Assembly (NCBI GenBank): GCA_003990765.1
Contig: RBNJ01000042.1
Coordinates: 1-47,800 of the forward strand
DNA: 47,800 nucleotides
From: Jimgerdemannia flammicorona
Taxonomy: Eukaryota
Reading direction: 5' to 3'
In this document: positions 12,570 to 22,192 of the stretch, piece after piece
Layout: each line of letters starts with the position of its first letter
Numbering within the stretch: the first letter of the stretch is position 1
The notes under the pieces: generated by a model
What the model was told of the DNA's origin: nothing
What the model saw: only the letters and a program-made list of their open reading frames with translations
Database searches by the model: none
Translations under genes and position numbers: made by a program

Positions 12570-14593
12570 CTACTGCTCCATGTTCATCTCTTTCTATGCT
12601 ATATCCAGATTATATTCCACAGTCACCACCTCCTCTTCATTCCTCTGAGCCTCCAATCCACCCAACAGCTCATTCATCTTCCCATCTGCCTTCTCCTCAA
12701 ACTCCTCCTGGTACTCCAGGCAGGCCTCCTGCCAGAGCTGCAATCCATGATACTTGGTCTAGCAGTATTTAGCCCTCTCGCCAGTGATACCTGCCAGCTC
12801 TGCCTCCTGCTCCTTATCTACCTCATACCCTTCCTTCTTCAGATACACTATAAGGATTTCTGTCTTCAATGCCATCACCACTCCATCCTCCTGCAGGATC
12901 CATACCCAATGCTCATCACTCATTACTCTCAGGTCCACCTCCCCCAACTCTTCAGCCACCAGGTTATTCATCACCCTACACATCCAAAGTAGGTTCTCCA
13001 CCTCCTTCCCTCTAGGAGTCACCAGCCTCTCTCTATCCAGTATCATGGTGTCAGCCCCAGCACTCATAGACTCATCCTATACCTCCAGGATATCCACTAG
13101 CTTCTCCTCTCCAACTGCCACCACTCTTCTCCTATTTACCACCTCTGGAACTCCAAATTGCACTTACTGGGCCCCCTGCATTGGCACATCCTCTACCACT
13201 CTGCTTTGAGAAGCCAGACCTCACCTGATAAGAGGAATAGGAGTAAGCAAGTTCTCCCAAGCCTTCTCCCAGACCTCAAATGTACCATCAGTATATGGGT
13301 TATTACCAGTCACCTCCCTTTCCTCTCCTGTCCCCTTCCCTGCACTCCTGCCACTCTCATTGGCTCAGATACTCACTTTGGCATCCCCCACCTCTACCAT
13401 TCTACTCACATTCTTCTGTGGTCTACCCTCCAGCTTAGTCAGTAGCTCCTTCTGTCTCTTATGTCCCTAAGTTCTTTCCCACTGTCCCTTGTCCACTTGA
13501 ATCCACTTCCCATCCACTACCTCTAAGTGTATCGACTCTACAAAAGCCTTCCAAGCCTTCACCCACCACTCTACAGCACCACTCAGCTCTTCTAGCACTT
13601 CCAATAAGTCCTCTTCCTCCTCCTCACTCCTCTTCACCCTTATCACCTTGCACAAGATTGTTCTTCAGACTATCACTAAAGGCCAGTTTCTTGCCTTCCT
13701 GGTAGCTTCCTTCTCTGCCAGCTGAATCCTCATATCAATATCTCCAGTCCTAAGTGAGGTCCCTTCCTAGACTCTAAATCTAATATCCACTACCTCTTCA
13801 TACTCCACCATGACCTCCTCTACTCTCCTTCTCATCTCCACTACTGTCACTGTGGGCACTCCTTTTACCAGCAGTTATACCACTCTGGGATCCCATCTCA
13901 GGCAATATGCCATCAGAACACATACCTCTCCAATAGTCAATCTAATCTTCAGTGTCTCCTCTAAAGACCCAGCCTCTTCAAAGCCCACCTCCACTCTCTC
14001 TAATCCCTTCAGAAACTTTACTGATGCTGCTCCAGCCACTTGCTTAGTAATAAGCCCTAGCATCATTTTGCCATCACTACTAGGCTCCAGAAGTACAGCA
14101 TAATCATGAATACCAAGATTGATTTTTTGAGTAATGGGGCCACTGCTAGGCCCATCATACTATTTACCAAATCCCCCTGCCTTCTAAGCCCCAGTCACTC
14201 AGCCATGCCATTAGCAGTCACATCTGGATTTTTTTCCAGATTTGCAGTCCCATCACCATCAGCCATCATACTTACCCCAGTTACTATACCCCCAGCTCTA
14301 CTGCTCCCACTGCTAAGGACTACTCCCCCATATACTACCACCTTCCCCATCTCTTTGCCTCTCCTCAGCCATTCCTCCAGCCCAGACACCTACTGTCTCT
14401 CCTTCACTATCTCCACAAAGCTTGTCCTCTCAGACCTCTGTCCTCTACCACTGCCTCCTCTCCTACTATGTCCTCCTGCCAGCAGCCCCCTCATACTACC
14501 TCCCAGACCAGGGCCTCTCCCCACATGCTGCCAGTCAAATGTGCTTGGGCCACCCTGCCCAGTATATACCTCAGATTGCCTATTGATTACCAT
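12570..14593 (-). pseudogene. LINE copy 2 ORF1 (putative nucleic-acid-binding protein, RRM-like central part)
   Basis: Consecutive ORF fragments (14390-14593, 14195-14389, 13875-14066, 13467-13655, 12759-13067) upstream of ORF2. G/R-rich N-terminus and SFVEIVK motif. The RRM call is by eye only. Confidence 0.75.
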
Positions 14594-14849
14594 ATTACTA
14601 GTCTCTTTTCTTCAAAAACAATATTGTAAGTACTTTCCAAAGGTTGTATAATTCAAATGGTACCAGAGAAAGATGTGGCTTCAGTGACTTCTTATATAGT
14701 ATAGATAAAGTAAGTGTTTTCTTTTTTTTGGGAGAGTCTCTTCATTTGAATGGTAGAGATGATTTCAATTTCTTAATAGTTAGTACCTTTCTGGGGTGTC
14801 AGAGTGACCTTTCTGCTTTCATGGGTCAGATTAACCTCATTGGTCCTCC

Positions 14850-15170
14850 AGTTGATGTCTGGATTGTGCTGGGTCAATCAGGCTTTTTCAAGGATAATGT
14901 CTTGTCCTGGGAGATCTACAATACTGAAGTCTAACTTTTCTTGATATTTACCAATTCTGAGTAAGAGATCTTCACAGATCTTGGTCAGTGGTACAGTCTT
15001 ACCATCACTAAAGATAACACTCCTTTTCTCAGTAGTTGGTCTGCTTTGGGCTCTAATTCTCTTGGCAGTCTTGGTACTGATATAGTTTTCAGTAGCACTA
15101 CTATCAAGTAAGATATTGACATTCTATCTGTAGACTTGGTCTGTAAACTTGATGTAACTATTCTCATTTT
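14850..15170 (-). pseudogene. A1 aspartic protease
   Basis: INILLDSSATENYIS (decayed LLDSGA) at ~15080-15120 and DIILEK.. (DIILG-like) motif. Matches VLLDSSTTGNYIS in A2. Confidence 0.82.
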
Positions 15171-15477
15171 TGATGGTATTGAGTTCTTTATCTTCATTGT
15201 TATTCCAATTGCTATCAGTCTCCTTGAAGTCAGTTTCTCCCCATCCTTTATAAGGAGGGTTGTCTTATTTGGACTCCTCAGTCTGTTGGGCTTAGCACTT
15301 CTCAGATTGAATTTTGAAAACTTTAGAGAGACATGCATGGCATTTACCAATATATTCCATACAGTATATTTGAATAGAATTAGGGCATCATCAATATAGT
15401 ACATAACCATCTATAATTCTCTTGTACCAGTTTTCATCATCTTCCTTCATAGTAGTGACCTTTTGACTGAGGGGTTT

Positions 15478-15888
15478 GTTGGTTGATCCAAACTCTTTCT
15501 TGCCACAGTCTGTCTGAGAGAGCTTAGGAACTTCTTCAATGGTGAGATCTTGACAGATTTCTTCAATAATTGTTTGGGCAATTCTTTGGCCTGCTTTGAC
15601 TTCAAATGATGTGTCTCCAAAATTTCACAAGATGACACAGATTTCACTAGTAAATCTTTGATCAACTACTCCTCCTCCTAGCCTATGTTGAATTCTTTGG
15701 CTAGACTGCTTCACTCAGCAAAATGGATGTATATATCTTTGGGAGCTTGTATTGCAATCTCTGTTTGTATTGTAGCATTGGTACTTGGTAGAATAGTGAG
15801 ATCTTGGCTACTGTAGAGGTCATATCCAGTATCAGTGGGGTGGGTCTTAGTGGGAATGATAGCCTTATACCAAATTTTCTGTACTTTA
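15478..15888 (-). pseudogene. dut: A1 dUTPase domain, between the gag zinc knuckle and the protease
   Basis: IPTKTHPTDTGYDL, (R)SSLAKE, GGVVDQRFTSEI, GQRIAQ, TD(R)GKKEFGST: the five trimeric dUTPase motifs. Confidence 0.88.
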
Positions 15889-16373
15889 ATGATATTCTCA
15901 GAGTTCTTCTTTCCTGGACCTTCTACAATGATAGTACTGTTCTGGTTACTGGGTTTACCTGATCTATTTCTCTTCTCAGAGCATTTGAATAAGATTTATC
16001 CTGCCTTTCTGCAGATGAAACACAATCCTTTTTCACAAAGCTGCTTCTTTTTGTCCTCAGTGGGAGGTCTGAGTCCTCTGGGGTTTTGCTGGTTCCTTTG
16101 ATCATTTCTTTGATTATTCCTTTTGGTAGGATTTCTCCTATCTTGGTTATTCTTCTTGTGTTCTGGATTTTGTAGGGCCTGTATAGTAAGAATTTCATGG
16201 GCTCTTCTTTATACTTGGGCAAAGCACTATGAGTAGTGGAGACATCTTTGGGAGAGGCCTTGTTCCTTAATCTTCTGGGTGAGCCAGTCTGGTAGGACTG
16301 TAAAGAGATAATTGGCTCTGGTACTATTGATGGCCAAATTGTTTTCCTGATAGATAAGTCTAACAGTTTTGAG

Positions 16374-16911
16374 TAGTGCTCCTAATGAGTCAATTTAATC
16401 TAGATGGGATTCGGATTGATTTGGATTGAATCCCATCTGGATCAACTCAGATGGGATTTGAATCCCATCCAGATGGATTTGAATCAATGGTTGTTTTGAT
16501 TTCCAAATTTGACAATTAAATGTTTACATCAATAACTTGATTAATAATCATTCAGATTTGGAATATTGGTGTCATTTGAAAGCCCTTAATAAGGTCTATC
16601 TAATGATACCAAGAACATTGAAATCAGATCATGCATTGCTGAGTTATGAAGGAAACTGTCAGAATTGCTGATTTTGGAAATTATTTGATTTGCCAATTTT
16701 GGAAATTTAATATCTTGGCAATGCGTAATCCGATTTTAATGTTCTTGGTATCATTAGAAAGGTCCTATTAAGAGCTTTCAAATAACATCAAGATCATCAA
16801 ATTTGGATGATTATTCATCGAGTTATTGATGTAAACATTTAATTGTCTAATTTGGAAATCAAAACAATCGTTGATTTGAATCCCATCTGGATTGACTCGT
16901 TCAGAGCACTA
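16374..16911. mobile_element. 538-bp non-autonomous foldback DNA transposon (MITE), probably hAT superfamily
   Basis: Termini TAGTGCTC...GAGCACTA. Exact 8-bp TSD GTTTTGAG (16366-16373, 16912-16919). Long imperfect inverted arms (~16469-16640 vs ~16717-16890). Empty site in A2 at ~30221-30228. Confidence 0.93.
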
Positions 16912-18168
16912 GTTTTGAGGTAGGCATCCATCCTGGTGGCAAAGGTTTCTAGATCCTCCTTGTCATTCTTATAGAATTTCATCTGGGCCAGTTTGTTCCA
17001 AGTTTCTTATATGTAGGCTGCATTTCAGAATTTGGTCAGTAGCAAGGTCTTGAGTCCTAGGCCTGCTTCATAGTTATCTCATCCTGGTCTGTTATAGACT
17101 TGTACTTGGCCTGCAACTTGAGGGCAGTCCTCCCAGGTTACTGGGTGCTGTTCCAAGGTATGCCAGAATTCGGCTACTGTTTCAGTGAAGAATGTGACTA
17201 CTATTTCTACTTGTGCTGCTGATGTGGCAAACAACTGTTAAAGGGTGTTATTCTGGTTATTGTTGAGCATTCCTATAGGCACTCAGTTGTCATTCTATTG
17301 GTTTACTTAATAACCTATATTAACTGCATTGATGAAGTTTTTGATGTTACTGGTTTTTTTACTGAATGTTAGAATTTGCAAGGTCTTGATTGGCTTATTC
17401 TGTTCAGCAATCTGTCCTACTATCTCTACTAGTGCAGCTAGCTAGGTAGTCAGTACTGTAATATTAGTATCTACCATTGTGTTAACTATTAATGGTGGGC
17501 CTGTAGGGGTAGATTCTTCTGAAGATTATTCTGTCTAATGAGGTTGTGGTGTTGTATAACTTGGAGTTACTTGATTCCCAGATATTAGATCAAATAGTCC
17601 TATAAGAGAGGGTAAACCAAACCTCTGTATAGATGGCTGGATTGGTTCTGGGGTCTGATCTTCTTGATCTGTAGTTCCTTAGTAAATTTCAAGGTCTGTT
17701 GTTTCTTGTTGGCTATCATCAGACTGGTATTCTGTAGAGTCTTCATCTGACTCTCTTCCCTGATGAGATAGTGTGTCCTTATACTGACTAGGTCCTTCAA
17801 AGAGGATGTCAGGTTCTGGCTGAGTAGATGGATCTACTTCTTGTTCAGAAGTAGGAGATGGGTGGCCTGCTTGCTTATTCTCATACCTAGTTATAGCAGA
17901 GGCATAGTATACAACTAGCCTGTAGTAGAGTGAGATCTTGGTGGGAGTATGATGATATCTATCAGAGGTAATCTACTCAGCAGCTACTTCTTTTGTAGCA
18001 GGAGGTGAGATATAATCTAGAAAATCCTGGGTGGCTGCAGCAGTAGATTCTGGGGTCCTGGTGATTCCAATATGGCTATAGAGAAGTTCATAGAACCTAC
18101 AGTGGCTGACTATATTTCTAAGTTCTGGGTGGTAAGTCCTAAAGGCCTGGTATAGATCTCTGTAAGTC

Positions 18169-20329
18169 AGGTGATGCTGCTTTATACATAAGAACAAAGG
18201 AAGGCAAGAGGATTGGAAGAACTGGCGGCTGATAATGTTACTGGATATGGACAGAAAGTTGGTGACTAAGGTGGTGGTCGCAAGGCTACAGAAGGTAGCC
18301 CAGCAAATTGTAGGTGTCGAGCAGAGGGGCTTCATAGGGGGTCGGCTTATTAGAGATGGCATGGCCTGGGTATATGGAGTTATTGAAGGTGCTTGAGCCT
18401 GTAGACTGGATGGGTGTCTTGTCTTCTTGGACCAGGAGAAGACTTATGACCAGGTGTGGCGAGTCTGGCTGGTGAAAGTATTAGAAAGAATTGGGGTTCC
18501 AGTCCCATTCCGGTCGGTAATGGTCAGCCTACTGGAAAGGAGTAGGGCTGCACTAGTGTATAATGGGTATAGAGGGGTAGCATTCCCTCTAGGTAGGGGA
18601 GTGCCCCAGGGGGACCCACTGTCTCTCATTTTGTAAGCTCTTTCTTTGGAACCTCTAATGGACAGGATTCGGCAGAGGATGGTGGGGCTCTCTATCTATG
18701 GTGTTGGCTGGAAAGTTGGAGCCTTTGCAGATGATATGGTGGTTGGTTTGAGAGTGACTGCTGATGTCAAGGAGCTCAAGAAGACAGTGGAGTGGTATGA
18801 GGAGAACTCTGGGGCGAAGCTGAATTGGCACAAGTGCAAAACAATGGTGCTGGGCAATGGCCTGGTGGATGGAGAGGTTATTGGAACAATTGTCCCCACT
18901 GGAGAGGCAGTGTGGTACTTGGGCATCTATTTGTTGGTCTATGGATCTGTTCTGCCCAGACTGTGGTGGGAGCAGAGGATTGGAATTTGGGAGGAGGACC
19001 TGCAGGGTTGGGGGAAAAGACACTTCTCTCTTGCAGGAAGGATCTCGATTTTGAATGTATACTGGCTGCCGAAGCTGTGGTATTTGGCTTATCATCTGGA
19101 CTTCCAGCTTGGGTGGTGAAGAGATTAATGAAGGTGGCCAAGGGATGGATTTGGGCTGGCAGACAGAGTCAGATTGGTTGGGAGACTTTGTCCCTACCAG
19201 TGGCAAGAGGTGGCCTGGGGCTGGTGGACTTCCCCAAATGACTACACTGCTTGTGGGCATGGTGGCTTAAGAGGGCAGTGGAGTTGCATGGAGGGGGCTG
19301 GGTTCCCCTGCTGCAGAAGGTCTGGGAGAGGTGGTCATCACCAAGAGGCTCAACTGGTGATCTTCTTTCTTTAGTTGGGCTTTGGAACACTGCACAACTG
19401 CAATATAAAGGCTTTTGGTGGGGGATAGCCGAGGGGGTACACCACATTGGTATTCACTAGCAAGGGGATGAGGGGGAGAGGGCTTAGGGCCCAGTGATAT
19501 GGAGATGAGAGGGCATTCTTCTGGGAGGCATGCCTTTGCTTGAGTTCAGCATTGGTGATGGAATTGAATGCCAAAGGGGACCAGGCCAGGATCTGTGGCC
19601 TAGCGGTTGGCAGGGAGTTGGAATTGGTGAGGAGTGGGACTGGCATGGGGTTTGGACCTGGAGTGCTATGGTGAAAAATTGGATGCTGCCAAAGTACTGG
19701 GTGGTCTGGTGGCACATGCTGAGGAGGAATGTGATGCTTAACTTCTGCTCAGGACACTTTGTCATAGGGGGCTGCTTTGACTGTGAGGAGTGCCATAATG
19801 TAGGGCAGGAAGAGGGATTTGTACAGATGCCAGAACATTGGCTAGGAGAGTGTGAGGTATTGGGGAACTTTTGGCAGGCCATTGGAGACTGATTGGGGGT
19901 GAGGCGTAGGGGTGATGATGTATGGAGGAGGTGGGAGGACCTGAGGGATCGATTGGTAGGAGGGGTAGGGGAGGAGTGGATTACTTTAGGCTGGGTGTTG
20001 GCTATTTGGGTTGGGCTGGCCGGTCACTGGCTGTTTGTATTTGAGAAGAGGAGGTGACAGAGCTTAGGGAGCCAGTTATCACAGTGGCAGTGCCTTATGG
20101 AGGATACCTTGACAGGCTGGTGGCTTGGCTGGGGGCTGCAGGGGGGTCGGAGGCACCACTTAGTGGTGAAAATCTGTGGTCAGAGTGGTGGGAGAGTTGG
20201 AGTTATTGGTGAGAGGGTGGTCTTTATATGTGAAGAGGTGAAGAGGGGCCCCCCGATGGGGATTGGATAGTGGGTGGTGATATTGTATATTTATTCATAG
20301 ACTGGTAATAAAGACAGAGTCCAAGGGAC

Positions 20330-20369
<40 letters not shown>
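18169..20369 (+). mobile_element. 5'-truncated L1/Tx1-type LINE, copy 3 (least decayed), inserted in A1 gag
   Basis: AATAAA at 20307-20312 and A37 tail at 20333-20369. TSD ATCTCTGTAAGTC at 18156-18168 and 20369-20381. RT motifs and C-terminal CEEC..H....C. ORF2 stop at 20270. Confidence 0.95.
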
Positions 20370-20372
<3 letters not shown>

Positions 20373-20573
20373 CTGTAAGTCTGGTCAATTACAAGCTGGT
20401 GGGTCCTTGGGTCTGTGGTTTTCTGGTACCACTTGGTCCTAATGGCAAGGGCTTCTCTGGCTCTGGTTTGGGGGTTTGATCTTAGAGAATCTACAGTTGG
20501 TTTTGGGGTTTACTCATCTAAGATTGGTCTTGTTCCAACTTCTCAGGAGTGTGTTCTTGGTGTCTTCTTGGCT

Positions 20574-20591
20574 GATAATCTGCTGCTAACA
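20574..20591 (-). promoter_or_regulatory. A1 primer-binding site (degenerate, initiator tRNA-Met-like)
   Basis: TGTTAGCAGCAGATTATC 3 nt after the LTR end. A2 has TAGTAGTAGCAGATGGTT. Inferred consensus TGGTAGCAGCGGATGGTT resembles the complement of eukaryotic tRNA-iMet 3' ends. Confidence 0.55.
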
Positions 20592-20594
20592 AGT

Positions 20595-21360
20595 TGTAAT
20601 AACTCTTATTTCTATCTCTCTCTGATCCTTTAGATACTTAGGGAAATAAGGTATTACTTAGGGACTTAGTATACAATGTATACTAAGAAGCCTTTAGTTT
20701 GAGGAAGTGCTCACTTAAAAGTAGTTATAGCAGCAGTACCTTATCTTTTAAAGATCTTTCTGGTTTATCCTATCTTTTAAGAATCTTGTTCTTTACTGTG
20801 CACAGACTAAATTCACCTTGGAATTCAGATTTAATGAGTTTACTTAAGTCTTTGGGGATTTATATACTGGTCTCAGTTCTGGCAGAAGTTAGCTAGACTT
20901 CTGGAGTTTAGTCAGAAACACTAGAGTCACTTAGATGTCATTACTAAGACTTAGGAGAATGTGTGTATATGGAGGGAAACTTAATTCTTATATCAAGGAC
21001 TGAACCAAAACTGCTTTATTTTGAATAAAAACTGGGGGAGTATTTATACAAGTTGGTCCACAATTTCTGACTAAGTATGAATGACTAATTTGGTAACTAT
21101 AGTGAGGTTTTATAATTGTGACCTTTGTCAGATAGTTTGTGGCAAAAACAACTTTGTGATCAGGATCTCAATTACTAAGCAATAATTAGCTACTATGGCA
21201 ATAGTTGCTGTGGTGTTGATTATTAGAAATAAACTAGATATCATTTTTTATGTCATTTTCCACATTATTTGTCTATTATTCATATATCATGCTCAATCAT
21301 ATGATATTATTACTCACTAGATCACATGATCACTCATCTCATCATATCTTATTCATTCTA
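20595..21360 (-). repeat. A1 5' LTR (U3 boundary uncertain)
   Basis: Ends ...GAGTTATTACA on the minus strand. TATAAATA at ~21040-21047 and AATAAA at ~21015-21020 on minus. Repeated at 21366-21698 and 28330-28628. Confidence 0.75.
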
Positions 21361-21365
21361 TTATA

Positions 21366-21698
21366 CTACCCCTCTCTTATCCTTTGAATAATTAGAAAAA
21401 CAAGAGACTTAGTATACAATGTATACCAAGAAGCCTTCAGTGTGAGAAAGTATTCACTGGAAAGTAGTTATAGTGGCAGTGCTCTTCTTATCAACCATAG
21501 TTATAAGAGACTTATTCTTTACTATGTATAAACTAAATTCATCTTAAAATTCAGGTTCAATAAGAAGTTTACTTAAGTCTTTTATATTTATATACTAGTC
21601 TCAGTTTTGGCAGAAGTTAGCTAGGCTTCTGGAGTTTAGTCAGAAATAATAGAGTCACTTAGGTGTTATTACTAAGACTCAGAGAAATATATATATAT
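21366..21698 (-). repeat. Second, partial family-A LTR, split by B1 (continues 28299-~28345)
   Basis: Direct repeat of ~20612-20970. The sequence after B1 (GTATAGAGAGAGACTTGATTCTTATATCAAGGACTGAAC) continues the match to ~20966-21010. Confidence 0.85.
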
Positions 21699-22093
21699 TG
21701 TGACAGTATAGCCAAATTAGGAAGAAGGAAATAGGGAATAGACACTTGATCGCACCCATTCCCAAAGTAGTATAGCTTTATAGTTAGCAGTCGCTGATTT
21801 TGACATTGTCTAAATTTCTAGACATTGTCTAAATAACTCATAACTTAGCCATGTAACTCAGTAGCCATCTCATAGCTAGCAAACTTGTATAAATAATCCA
21901 GTATCTTCGAGTGAATAAACCTCAGATCGAAAGTGTTAGAAAAAGAACAAGTATACTGATAAAAAGACCTCTGGGATTACCTCTTTAAATACATTTGGCC
22001 TCAAGGAACTACTGACTCTGGGAGTCAAGAAGACAAGAATTCTAGATAAAGAAATCTGATGTACTTGCACATCTTAGTGTCTACTATGTTACA
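21699..22093 (+). repeat. B1 5' LTR (395 bp)
   Basis: TGTGACAG...GTTACA. TATAAATA ~21888 and AATAAA ~21914. Direct repeat of 27843-28298 lacking 61 bp. Confidence 0.93.
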
Positions 22094-22096
22094 ACT

Positions 22097-22110
22097 TGGT
22101 GCCCATTGGC
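22097..22110 (+). promoter_or_regulatory. B1 primer-binding site
   Basis: TGGTGCCCATTGGC following LTR-ACT. B2 has TGATGCCCATTGGC. Cognate tRNA not determined. Confidence 0.7.
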
Positions 22111-22192
22111 TAGTGATTCAAGATGAATCCCTCACTTTCAAGCTGAATAATGAACAACCGCAACTAGAATGTACACAATACAATCAGACAGA

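Larger units (their letters stand above)
8833..14677 (-). mobile_element. Full-length (~5.85 kb) L1/Tx1-type LINE, copy 2, inserted in A1 between PR and RT
   Basis: Poly(T) 8833-8845. 15-bp TSD GCTTCAGT[A/G]ACTTCT at 8819-8833 and 14678-14692. Single-copy empty site in A2 at ~38622-38638. Confidence 0.95.
15970..20516 (-). pseudogene. gag: A1 gag (long N-terminal extension, capsid-like region, CCHC knuckle), split by the MITE and LINE copy 3
   Basis: GLCFICRKAG..FKC knuckle at ~15980-16030. ILTFS..NIKNFIN capsid-like motif. Colinear with A2 28712-30660. Confidence 0.75.
5351..21360 (-). mobile_element. Ty3/gypsy chromovirus family A, copy A1, interrupted by two LINEs and a MITE; 3' LTR not present
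   Basis: With insertions removed it is the reverse complement of 28330-42050. Order LTR-PBS-gag-CCHC-dUTPase-PR-RT-RH-IN-chromodomain. The upper boundary (LTR start) is approximate. Confidence 0.9.

Noticed and set aside
12522-14651. Ser/Pro/Leu-rich ORFs antisense to the LINEs (also 1453-2073, 18655-19260, 42315-43031)
   Set aside because: Shadow ORFs of the G-rich sense strand, with no motifs and inconsistent boundaries between copies.
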